This document shows, piece after piece, positions 10,900 through 23,700 of a stretch of DNA of 64,000 nucleotides. A program made the translations under genes and the position numbers. Source of the DNA: Yuukianura sp. NJ FZ-2021 (Eukaryota); NCBI GenBank assembly GCA_046563655.1, contig CM102286.1, forward strand, positions 9,920,001 through 9,984,000. Reading direction: 5' to 3'. Below the pieces are notes generated by a model. That model saw nothing but the letters and a program-made list of their open reading frames with translations. It made no database searches and was not told the DNA's origin. How positions within the stretch are numbered: the stretch's first letter is position 1; each line of letters begins with the position of its first letter.

Positions 10900-11879
10900 T
10901 TACAGATATTAAAGATCGTGATCGTAACCGCGCGTGAGTCGAATGTGAACGGGGGAAGGAGAAATGTTTAAAGCGAAGACTCAGACGATTCGCATAACCC
11001 CTTAATTCTAGATTAGAAATTATGCCTATGGGAATCTGTGTTACTACAATCCTCGGTAATCTGTTTATCCAACAACCAGCAATTTATTCACAACAAGGCC
11101 AAGGAAAAAGGCCCGATGGAAAGCCTGACGTGTAACTGTAACATTTGACAGACTTCATTGTTGGTTTGCCTATTCTTACTGTTGTGCCTCAATCCTTGAT
11201 ACAGCAAGTTTATTTTGTTTTCACACGTTCTGGAGACGGAAACTACTGTTTGTGTGACGTGTCAGCGTGGTTAGATTAGATCTCCACGACTCACTTTCCA
11301 GTTGTCAGTACAACCCACCGCACCTTGTATGTGTGACATCCTTTAAGTATGTTTTTGTTGTATTGGAAGTCTGGAAGATATATTTATCAGGTCCAGTCCA
11401 GGTGTGACGAAGTCGTTCAATGATTTTATGTGTCGCTGAATCTTCCAGATCTTTTGGTAAGTTTAATATCTAAACACTAATGTTATTCTACCATATATAA
11501 TTCGCCATTTTAAATGTTACATGTTGGAGAACACTTTGGCGTACTTTTTTAGCCAAACCTAGGCTAAAAATGTAAATACTGCGGGCATTGGCACCATTAC
11601 TCCTATTTAATCAATTGTGTACCCAACCCTACGCCAATCCAATCACAGTCCACTGGAGAATGTTCTAGATAACCTTATATTGACAACTTGTTAGAAAGAC
11701 CGGAGTTAGGGAACTCGAAATATCTTGTTAAAAAAAAAGTGTTTTGCAAGAATTTCAACTTTCACAGTAACCATTTTATGGTATTTACAGGATTGAAAGC
11801 AAGGAGGAAGGAGGGGATTCCGATTGCGAAGGGATAACAACGGTGACGCTGGACCGCACCGCGCGAGAATACAGTGAAC

Positions 11880-13880
11880 ATGCCGCCAGGAATGTGGTGG
11901 ATTCTGATTATGAGCATGTGCAGTTTCATCCTGACTATAATATCGATACCCAAATTCCGAGATGTATTTGTACGAGCAAACTTATTTGGAATTGACTTGT
12001 GCAAGCATACAGGAGCAAAAGTGTGGGTTTCTTTTCTGGTTTGTCAACTTTTCCTGGAGTAATTATTCGAGCATCCTTTTTTTTCCAGACCGGAAGCCAT
12101 TGGGGTCATCAGCGGCAGTGTCTACCTTGTATGCATGTTTGTCTTTATTCCGGCGAGGTTTGGGCAGGATTATATTCACCAAAAGCCAGATTTTAACGAG
12201 GTACGGACTCAAAAGCTCTTTACTGTTAGCAAATAAATGGACACCGTGGTACCCTCATGGAGGGAGACTCGGAGACTCATCCACTATAAACCGTTAGAGT
12301 CGAGAGACACGTCGTCTATCTCTTTCCCATAAGCGTGTCATACTGGAGTAGACTGAGCTGAGCTGAGCAGATAAACTATAAACTGATAAATACATATTAC
12401 GGAATATTTTTTTCATTTTTGCCATTCTGGTTTCTTTCAGTTAGTACAATATATCACCGCTCTCCTGGCAGTCACCTGCATCTTGTTGCTCGGATTTGTG
12501 GACGATGTACTGGATATTCCCTGGAGAGTGAAGTTACTAATTCCAGCCGTTGCATCCCTTCCGATTTTGCTAGTCTACCATGCAACTTTTGATGTTACCT
12601 CTGTGATCGTTCCTATACCATTGAGACCTTTATTAGGACAATCGCTCGAGTTGGGTAAGAAGTTATTGTTATGACTTCAGTTTCATTCGATCTCGCCGCA
12701 AGTCAATCTCAACAAATGTTTGGCCTTCCTGCTAATGCTAAGATTTACGGAAGAATTTTTCTTGCAGACATGTTTTGTACAATTTTTTTTCGGCTTCTTA
12801 GATATTGATATGAGTATCGAGTTGTGTGTTATTACTTTACAGGATACTTCTACTACATCTACATGATGATGGTGATAATCTTTTGCACCAATGCAATAAA
12901 TATCTTGGCTGGAATTAACGGACTCGAATGCGGACAATCGATTGTGATTGCGCTCTCTGTCATTGTGTTCAACTCTTTAGAACTTTACATTGGTGAAGTG
13001 TCGCCACATGCTCATGAATTCTCTATTCATTTGCTGCTTCCATTTCTGTTTACATCAGCCGGCCTCTTGTGGTACAATTGGTGAGTAATGCACATGGATT
13101 TGATCAAACAATCAACTTTGGAAAATGACATTTATCGGTCTTTTACTTTTACAGGTATCCTGCCGAAGTGTTCGTTGGAGATACTTTCTGTTATTTTTCT
13201 GGAATGCTTTTTGCCACCGTGGGGATTTTAGGCCACTTTAGCAAGACGCTGCTTTTATTCTTTTTACCACAAGTAAGTTCTTGATATGATAATTTAATGC
13301 CTTTTCAAAATCAAAAGTCGAGAATTTTTGATTTATTGGTTGTTACTTGCTACTAGGTGGTGAATTTTATTTATTCCGTGCCACAAATTTTCAGACTTGT
13401 GCCTTGTCCACGGCACAGGCTTCCACGGTAAGTGTATCTCGAATCAATTTTGCTCCAATTTGAAACCTAAGTTTATGTTTGGTTCTATTTAGGTACAACT
13501 TGGCTACCAATACCATCGAGATGAGTACGGTCATGTTCAAAGAAAGGGATCTTGGTTTTTTGGGGCGGCTTTCCATTCGGATCCTGGAGTCGCTCAGGTT
13601 GCTTGCTGTGAAACGAAACATTGGAGAGAGGATGGAATACATGGAATGCAATAATTTCACCTTAGTCAATTTGGTTCTCAAACTTTTTGGTCCTATGCAT
13701 GAACAAACAACAACAATAATTCTCCTTCTCATACAAGTGAGTGATTTTTTATGTTTCACTAGAATATATTATTGTTTACCGCAGTATTCCAGCATTTCTC
13801 CTTTTAATTTTGTCCAGATTTTATGTAGCTGTGCGGCATTTACAATCAGGTATCCTCTTGCTCGCTTGTTCTACGACTAA
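11880..13880 (+). CDS. DPAGT1: UDP-GlcNAc:dolichyl-phosphate GlcNAc-1-phosphotransferase; exons 11880-12022, 12089-12200, 12441-12654, 12843-13080, 13155-13272, 13357-13427, 13493-13736, 13818-13880
   Basis: LFGIDLCK...[84 protein letters not shown] and [13 protein letters not shown]. All introns are GT-AG and in phase. Confidence 0.97.
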
Positions 13881-14728
13881 TAATCCTGGAGGAAGTGGAA
13901 GTAAAATGTAACCAAGAAAGCTCAATTCATCGTGCTTCTCCAATATCAGTTAGTCTGTCCTTTTAATGTAATTGTATGATACACATGAAAAGTAATATGC
14001 GATATATCACGTACTTACAAAATCTTTGACTGCAAATGTACTGAAGTTACGTACGACGAAGTGCTTTTCGACCTAACGACACACACACTTGGAGCTCTTT
14101 CTGCCTTTCTTTCGCTTTCTTGCTGAAAGGAAAATAGTTTCTACTGGAATTCCACGTACCTCTTCTAAAAATCTGCATCCATCTTTATATGCTAATACTT
14201 AAATTAAGTCTTCGTGCGCTCAAAATGCACTGACACTGCGCCGGACCAGAATCAAACGAATGCTTCAAAGTTCAAAGCTGGACGTTATATCAAATTTAAT
14301 ATTGGGAACACATTTCCTGAAAAGGTTGTGCCGTTCCACTCAAAATCTTAATTTTAGGCTTTGTACTATTAATCTGGCACTTAATTGGACTAATCTTGTA
14401 TTACAATTGAACTTTCGTAGTAAGTTTTTGCCACTTTAAATTCTTCCTTCTTGAAAGCCGATTATTAAGTCCCACTAAATTAAAGTCGATTGTTAAGCTA
14501 AAGCTTAAGTTATTCTTCCCATTTCAAATGCCTTTGAAGATGGATACTCAGATAAATAAAACAGGAAATCGGAAATCTGGTGATTAAGTTTTCAGATTCA
14601 TTTTATAAATTCGCTCCATGTTGTTTAGTAAGCCAGTTCGTTTTATTCATACAAAAATCAGAACCAAGATCGTACACAAACAATATTTGGTATTCATAAA
14701 AGCAATTTCAAGCTTTCACTGTTTTTTT

Positions 14729-17700
14729 TTAATTTTTTGCAGTTTCATTTTCTGTTTCCTTCAGATTTGGCGCAGAATCTCTGAATACAAATTCTGTATT
14801 TGACGGAGGGAGAGGATGGCCTTTTATAATGTGTTTCTTCGATGGCGATGGACTATTTGAATGATGAAATTTAAATCCCTTATGATTGTTATTTGTTGCA
14901 TTAGATGGAGAATTGGATGATGAACAAGAAGACGCACCGGATGAAGAACTTGACTTCGTTTCAGCAGACACCGTGCTACTTCCAGACGATTTCCCACTTT
15001 CGCTACTGCTTAGTGCATTGGACTTCTTTGGTGATTTTGATCTTCCTCGAAAAAATTTCGCAATTTTTCTAGATTTGCTTTTACTTGGAGATTTAGTTTG
15101 GTGTATAGCATCCGGAGGAGACGGAGGCGTCATGTTACCGTTGAGGCCATTTGTCTTACCGTTCAAATGACAAGGACTTGACTGATGAGAAAGCTGAATA
15201 TGGTTATGGTCACATCCAATAGGAACAGGAGGGGCCCTTTGAGTCGTCATGTTCGTGCCGAGGACTTCAACGTTAGACGCAATTGGAGTCATGTCAAGAA
15301 GTTTCATTGGTGTCGGTACAATTTCTTGTTCAGCGTCACTGTCCCTTGATCCTGTCGCTTGTGCTACCAATCCATTAATCTTCTTGACTGGAACTGGTGT
15401 CATAGGGATTTTGAAGATGGATTCATCACTCAGCGTTGGTGGAGCTGGAACTGGAACTACCTTGGGACGAAGGGCCGTAATTTCACTGCTTTTGATATTG
15501 TTTCGTAATGTTGAAAGGGGAGACAGAATTACAGGTTTCTCAATTGTATTGCTGTAGATACAGCAAGTTCCGCTTGTAGTGTCATCGTCGACGAGCGACA
15601 TTTGGGAAAGCGAAGCCAAATTTTTGCATAAGCCGTGGTTGTGATGGTGAAAGTGAGAAGTGCCATTTCTCGGAGTCTCAGGGGACATGACGGGGTCGGC
15701 ATAGCTGTATCTGGGCCAATAGTTTTCAAGATTGCCGTTTCGGGGAAGAGAACCTGTGAAATGGAGAACATGTTTGAACAAAGCTAACAAACTTTGAAAT
15801 TTTGTAAAATTTAGACTAATTTCAGTAGTGAAGCGTATAAAAGTGAAAGTTAACCTGAAAAAGTGGATGCCAGGGTGAGGGACTCTTGACTTAAGGCCCT
15901 AAGCGGATGGTCATCATCGCTTCTCTCCGGTGGACCAGAGACGGACGACAGGGAGGATGAGAGGGGCGTTGAAGATGATTGAATAGGAGGCTGGTTGTGT
16001 TCTAAAACTTGTGTCAAACTTTTTACGTGATGACCATTGGATACGGACACTACTGTTGGGTTAGTAGCCGTTCCCGTTAAGCCTGGCGTAGTTTTAGGTG
16101 AAAGTTGAGTAGCAACAGAACTTGGGAAGTAGTAGGCGTCACTCCCCATGGTAAAGTTTTGATCAGATTCGGGTAGGGGATTTTCCTCTAGAAAGCTAAG
16201 GGCGATATCCTCCTCAGTGACCTGCAATTAGTACAAAGTGCATAAGCCGATTAGCAGGAGAAAGTATCCGCAAGGATCCTCGGAATCTTCAACCGAACGC
16301 GCCGCCATTTAAGCCTAAAATCCCAACTTAAGAGCCATGACTACTCAAATCCACATTCCCCTTCCAAATCCGATGAGCAAGGTTTGGGCTTTTCCCTGTA
16401 TTTGCCCAATGTTAGGTGAAATCGTGATGCTCAATGCTAACTTTAGTATTGAATTCATTTTGCATGGTCTTTAGTTGTCTGAATTGTTACATCCTCAATA
16501 TGGTTGAAAAAAAATCGAAATCGAAAGATTTTTTATCCCGAGGTTTTTTGTGCGTATAGGTTTGTCTAGCCCGGTCTCTTAAAAAACTTTTTTAATTTCA
16601 CCAACTTTTTTCATCTTTTCACCATTTAACCAATTTCACTATTTTTTTCATCTTTTTTAAAAAAAATATTTTATCACCTGAAAAGAAGCATCTCGAGTCG
16701 GCACTGGAGTTTCGGGCTCCACCACTTCGATAAATTCAAAGTCAAATCCATTGCAAGCATAAGGATCCTCTGCATCGAAGTAGTCGTCGTCGTCACACGT
16801 CTTGAAAACAGTCAACGATCTGTACTGTGGTTCATCATCTAATACTCTTCTACCATTTGAAAGAAAGTCAGTTTGATGTGCATCTGAGTAGTGGTTTGAC
16901 ATGTATTGGCACTGATGGTGACAATGGTGGTTACTTTGAAGCAAGTACAGTGATGTGTCAAGGAGCCCGTCGTCTTCAAATGGCGACCCAGAATTCGTTT
17001 GGTTACAAATCCACTGTTGAATCATCTGGGCCTTGACTGAAGAAATGCTCGGAACTGCCGGCGGAAGTGCTGGAGGGAGATTCGATTTCTTTGGACTTGG
17101 GAAATTGTTGGCTTGATGATTTCTGTCAGCAATTCGAGCGGCAGCAGGGCCATCAATCCAAGTCTCACTTTTCTTCAATTGGCCATTGCTGTGTCCATTG
17201 GTTGATGTAATTGTAGCTACATTGGGATGATGAAATTTAGGCAGTTTTGGACCATCTACCCACTGCTCTTCTGATTTCGGTGCGGGACAATTTGAATTGT
17301 GATGCTTAGGCGTCGTTTTTGGTTTGGGACTTTTGGTTTTTGGAGGAGAGATGCTTGATGCAGAAGAAATAGTAACTTTCCCCGTCTGTATTTTCGGAAT
17401 CACAATCCCACTGTAATTAAAATGACAATTTAAGTTAATATTTAAGTTCTACTTGCAGTAAATACATAAGTCCGTATAGTTATTGCTTTTTGCGGAGAAA
17501 GCTATAAACAGTAGGGATCCCTTTTAATACGGCAAGAAGAAAGCCACATGAGTTTTACCACCCAAAGAGAGACAAATGTTTAAATAAACATGACGAATCT
17601 AATTTATAACTTTATTTATGAAGAAATAAAGCGTTTTGTGATGTAAGTTAATGATGAAACTATGCTCTACAGCATCCAAAATCTAGTTTCTAAATTTCCA

Positions 17701-20700
17701 CTCAACAAGCTCATACATAAGTCAACGGCTTTTGCAGTCTCCATTCCTTTCTCATAAGCCAAGAGACATTGGAGACATACAGAGTCAGCGACTCACTAAA
17801 AGTATCCACCATAACAATAAAGCGGAGGTGGAAAATGACTTTACTGAGATCCCATTACTAGAAGTTCACTAAAACATAAATAATAACACGAAGAGCGGTA
17901 GGGAGAATGGGGGAGATTCAAAAAGAGAAAGCAAGTGAAAGCGGGAAGATTCAAAAATAAGTGAAAGTGTTTTCCTCACTTCTGGCCGTCAAGAGACGGT
18001 AAGTAAACGGGCGGATTTTCTCCGTCTGTGCAGTCGTCTATTGACGGGCCCAAGTAAATGACGGTATCACATGACTGTTCACTAGAAGATGGGTCAATAT
18101 CTGAACTTCCATTGTCGCCTTCTGAAATGGTGGCTCCAACTGAAGTGGGGCCGGTCAGAAGAGTGGTGGGGCAATTCCGCATTTCTTCACCTGAGCCACC
18201 AGAACTCCCACCGGAACCGTTTCCAGATCCAACGCTCCCCATCTGCACAAAAACAGCGATAGAATCAATTGAATGAGGTCGGGGAAAAGGAAATACAGCG
18301 ATGCAATTAGCCGGTGGCAACTCTCCATCAATTCCCAAAAGTTTCCCCCTCCCGTACACTTTTGGCCCCGCCTGGAGGTTCTTGAGCCACCACGGCCCAC
18401 CGTGGATCTTATCTTGTGCTGTAGTTCTTACTATTTTCTATCATTGTCTTATTTGCAGCGGAGGGTTCCATCCAGAAATAATTCTGAAGGAGTCTGCCCC
18501 TTCCATGTCCAAATATTTCCCAACTTTCTTCCCTTCTGTTCGCTAATCATCTTAACTCCCTCCACTTCTTACTTTTTCGTTTGGATTTTATTTGTCTTTC
18601 ACCCGGAGAGACCTTATGGGGCTCCCCCTGCCCCTCCTTGGTGTGTAAGTTCAAAATCACCGCCAGATGAATCCTGGGTGCTTTAGGGGCTCAACGCTTT
18701 TGACTTTTAGTTCCTAATTTATGGGTCTTCCGACCCACCAAATGCGCTCACTCGTTTATCTATTTTCACTTTAGCGACTATCTCGCTTTCACCAATTTCC
18801 ACTGCCTTCGCTCGTTACAGCAACATTTGTTTTCATTTAACTTCAGTTGGGAACTGCGAATGGCAATTTTGGTGATGAATCGAATTTTAGAAATAGAAAA
18901 CTGAAAAAATAGCGTCGATTTTAACAAAATTAATAATTAACTTATTTCGTATTTAATGTGAATTGCTATTGTTCAATCAAGAATTAAATTTGTAAAGTCA
19001 GCAAAGTTTAAGGTTAAGGTTAAGTTTATGTAGTAAAATAAAAATGCAAAGAACGCGAACCATGGGCAATGTATGCGGCGGGCTTTTTTTTTCGGGGAGG
19101 ACGTGGAATATACCTAGGGAATACCAATTTGGACGAATGGAATTATGGGATTTGACGGAGGATTCCGTGTTTGCTTGGAACTGACGTTCAAAATTTACCT
19201 TGAGCCGTCGACTTCTCCTGAGTCGATGGACACGTGAGCCCAGTTGTAATGCTGCCAGCGTTTCAGCGTAGCGAGAATGTGCGTTGGAAACATGGATCAT
19301 CACAACGGCACGACATGTCAAAGACCCCAGGCATTCTCTTAGGATAGCACCTAATTTGCTGTCTCTGGAAATTCAGAATCATCACAACCATAAATAATTT
19401 GGGCATGTCGAAAACACAGCTTTTTTTTTTATTTTGGAAAAACTACTACAGAAAACTTAGCTTTTTACTGCTATTCCTGAATTGCAGCGAGAGCCAACTC
19501 AGGCGCAAGTTAACTTTGAGTCGACATCTATAATTTATTTTTGGTTTTAAAATGGAAATTTTTACCTGGATGGCAAGTGTCGTTGTGCATTTAAAACAGC
19601 CAACAGAAGTCCGCCTAGCACTGATATCGAGGGAGATCCATTGCCGAGGTTGACGCAGTGCAACCGACTGCGCCCTCCAACACCTAACACGGAACAGGAA
19701 ATCGGAAATAGAAGATATATTTTTAAGTGACAGGCGAAAACATATTGAATACAGATTGAGATTCAGAGATTGATGAGATTTTGAATTGGACAGGGGAATT
19801 GGATTCGTTCGTTCGGAACACGACTTCCATCAGAAAACAATTCATCACTAACGCTAAGCTGAGCTCATTTCGTCACTTTCACCTTCGCTTCACTTTCTCT
19901 ATTTCTAGAACTAACGGCCCAACAGCACGAATCCTCCATGCCATTTGTAATAATGTTTGGCTGGGTTAAGAACTTAACAAACGGAAGGGTTGCCCAGGAA
20001 TGTTTGCTTTAATTTGCTTTGTTTTCTCCAATTCCGGAAATAATTACCAATAAGGTGGAAGAGGGATGGGAGTAAAATGATAAATGGATTTTCACTTTGT
20101 CATTTTCTGTTTGTCAGGGTAGGGTTTTCATTCATGACAAAACTATTTTGAAAAAGGAGAATGGAAAACTAAATGGAAAACTACTTTGAAAATTAATTCT
20201 GAAAACATTTCCGAGGTTGAAGCCCTAAGGTCATTCGCTAATTTCAACATGGTCAGTGAATACGTAATTGAAATGAAATTTCTCACCCCCTTTTCCATTT
20301 TTGTCCTGGGTGTATTGGTAGAGATGAATAGTAAAAAGAAAGTGTCGTACTGGATCGTCGACCTGCATGGATTCCAGGGCCTTGTCAAAGTAGAGTCCAG
20401 CTTGTTCTGGACTCGAGGCACGTACTTCGCTGATGCTGCTGAGGAGAGAAACGCTGTTGAACTTTGCAGCGCCATTGGCTGCTGACCCGTGTCCATTATA
20501 ACTCGGTTCTGCATTGCCTCCAGGCGGTTGATCTCCGTCTAAAATTACAATTAAAGCGAAAGGAAATTACTTTCATTGACAATTTCAAAAGTTCTTTGTT
20601 CAGAAAATTTGATTTCGATGTCAATTTCTATATAGAAAAAGGACAAAAATAGGATTTTTTTTCAAAAATTTTCTGAAATAGTGACAAATTCTTCAAGTTT

Positions 20701-23700
20701 AAGTGTCAAGTTCCTGAACTTGCCTCAAAATATTGTCGAGGAGTTAATACGTATTTAATGCCAAGAAGTCGCGGGTTTTTCAACTCTGTTGAAGGGACGC
20801 ACTGGAGTTGCAGCGTAATGAGAAATTTAATTTCCAAGCATTTTCGTTATTCTAAATTTTAAGTTAGAGAGGTTTAAAATTCTCGAGCGCTCATTAGAAG
20901 CCGTGTGTGCCTAAATGAAAATGTTGATGCTTAATTCCTGGATGGGGAACTTTTGATACAGGACTTAGAAAGTTTCTGTGACTTTGTCATCAAGTTTAAT
21001 TGTTCTCCGCTGATGAAATGGTGACGACTGGGATATGAGGGAAGCCAGCAGTGTAACTTTTCCTGGGATTTGAAGATGACTTTCCCGGGACGTCGTAACC
21101 TAAAACTTAGTGCTGAGCATGGGCGTCTGTCTACAGATTGGGTCACATTGGAAGCCTCATGTCGCAGGAAGATAAGCAGTGTCTTCCATTTCCGGAATTC
21201 AGCTCATCTTTATACTTTCCTTGTTTTCTTCTGGAGAGCTTGAGTGCTTTCTTAAGTATTTCTTTCAGTTCCACCAGAACGTGGGATGTATCAAGAGAAG
21301 CCAGCAGAAATAAAAGCCAAATTAAAACCTTAACTTCGGTAGTGTCAGTTTCTAAATTAAATTTTCCTGTCTCTTCTTTTCTGCCTTTTGTTTTTGTGTG
21401 CAACAGTATCGAGGCGCTACTTTTCTAACTTGGTCCTTTTTTTTTCGTCCAGAAATTCGTTTAGCAACTTCAGATGCTGTTTCTCAATTCTTATGTCGTA
21501 GATGGAAGTTATTCCAAATTCTCTTCAATTTCTTAAGAAGCTAAATGTATTGAATTTCAAAAAATAATCAAATATTCAGACTTATTGAGATGCAGATCAG
21601 AGTTATATTGCTGCTCCTTTTCAGTTTTTTTTACTACGTGCATCATGTTTTTGGTTTTTTTTTTCAACTTGAAAAATTTTTCGCTTCCAGTTTTTTTTGT
21701 CAAATTTCTACGACACAACTTTCCATTTTTTTCTCTCTCTTTCAACTTGGTCGTAATCGGCTTCTGGAAAATCTTTTTCTCACATCTGCTGGCTCTTCCT
21801 TCGGCGGGTTTCTCTCGTCTTGTGATGAAAGTGTAGAGAAAGTGAGTTTCCCCATTGTAAATAACTTTGGGAAGTTGGGAATGTGACGCAAATGCGGACA
21901 TTAGCAAATGGGTGTCGAGACTTCTGTAATCAGATTACGGAAGAGCTGAATGATTAAGCCCTTTAGCCCTGCTCTTATTAAGGAAAAGTCACTGCCAAAT
22001 TCCAAGAATCCATTCACATATTTCCAATTCAAGAGTGGGCCAATTTCCAAAATGGATTTTGACTCCGTGAATGAAAATTTGCAGTGATACAATGTGCAAA
22101 AGCAAGTAGAAATTCATTTTTGGAAACTTTATTTTACGCAATGCAAAAGAGAACGTCGAAGTGAAAATTGGCTTCGTTTTGCTCCAGTCTTGTGTTAACC
22201 ATATTAGGTTAGGTTAGACTTACCATTGGCAAACGGAAGAAGTAAATCGTTGATAACTTCATGTCCAGAACCTCCAGTTATTGTCAGAGCGGAAATCCGA
22301 ACAGAGTATCGAGATCCTGTCTTGAGCTTCTGGTCTTGAATAGATTTGAATAGCCAGGAAATGGTCATAGGCACAACTCCCATTTTCTGGTTCGCTGGTT
22401 TCCCAAACATTGTTTCCTTCTTCCCTGTTCCAAGAACAAGAAAAAACCAAAATGAAACTTTCCTTTCTTCAAAACCCAAAGTCAACCCTAAGTCGACCAA
22501 AATTGCATTTTATTTATCAATGACCCAAGCGAAGCGCAGAAATCGGAATTGAAAACTGCGCCTGTCGAGACCAAATAAGAGATTTAATCACAGTCTCAAC
22601 TTTTTTTTGCAATTGGTTTCAGGCCTTCGCCATTTCAGTCAACTGCACGCTGCAAAATGAACATCCCAGACTCTGCTTGTATTTTCACTTTCATTTGAAA
22701 AGTAACAAAACTTTCTCTTTTCGTTACCGTCATATGAGTTTTGGTTGAAACTTTCATTCCAAATCAAGGTTTAAAAAAAATGACTTTTTTGTTGTTGTTT
22801 TTTATTAGAAACGCATAAGAAAAGATAAATGTCATTTCTAGATATTAATAAAAATGCGTTGCAGAATTGCTTTTTGGAAGTTCAAAAATAGAAAAAATGG
22901 AAATAAAGAAAAAAAAACTCTCATCATTTCGCCGTCAACTTCCATTCAGTTGTGAAATGATTTTCAGAAAGAAAAAAGATTTCCAAGTGGCACAAATGAC
23001 TTTTGTTGTAAGCACTTGTTAGTTCCAACCAAAAGTGACAGCATTTGGAACAAATGAAGCATTGAAGAACTTATTGCTACAAAAAGAAAACAAAAAACTT
23101 GTTCTGAACGTGCTAACCTGTGCTTGAGGATCCTAATGACACGAAGCACCCATCTTCACCACCAACAACAGATGCCACCAGCTCAGCAGCAGATGCCGCA
23201 CAAATTTCTGCCTGTTTTACATTTCAAAACATACTTGTTACTTTCACCATCATAGTTTAGTTGCTTTGCCTTCATAGATTTTCTTATAGTTGTGCTTCAA
23301 AACATAGCCTAACTTTCTTTTGCGGTGAATTTGAGCTTGGTGAAAGTAAATAATTTGTAGACAGAAGGAAATGGGTTTAGGGCAGAATGGAAGGAAACCA
23401 TAGTCAAACAAGTCTTAAGCCCAGCTCACAATTTTCCGGATGAGCGGAGATATGAAACAGATTGAATCCTCACTGTCCTGACGGAAGTAATCCCCTGTCA
23501 CTCACGGTGACACTCGTGACCTGTGTGGATGTCATCTTAATTTTGTCAATCTCATTTTCTAATTTCCTTCCAAATGTCAATTTTCAAATTAAACAAAAAA
23601 AAATTAATTAAACAGTCAGAAGTCCTAAAAAGTAATCTCACAAATGACATGTTAAATTCCAGAAAGTGTTCTACGTGTCTAAAAGTTTCTTGACATCCAA

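Noticed and set aside
12245..12345. Imperfect inverted repeat in DPAGT1 intron 2 as a snoRNA or miRNA
   Set aside because: No well-placed C/D or H/ACA boxes and weak pairing; more likely a decayed MITE.
14886..15557. Plus-strand ORFs opposite the last KIF26 exon
   Set aside because: Antisense shadows of the real coding exon.
20143..20514. 123-aa minus-strand ORF in the track
   Set aside because: Wrong frame; the KIF26 exon 20538-20287 uses another frame (EVRASSPEQAGLYFDKAL).
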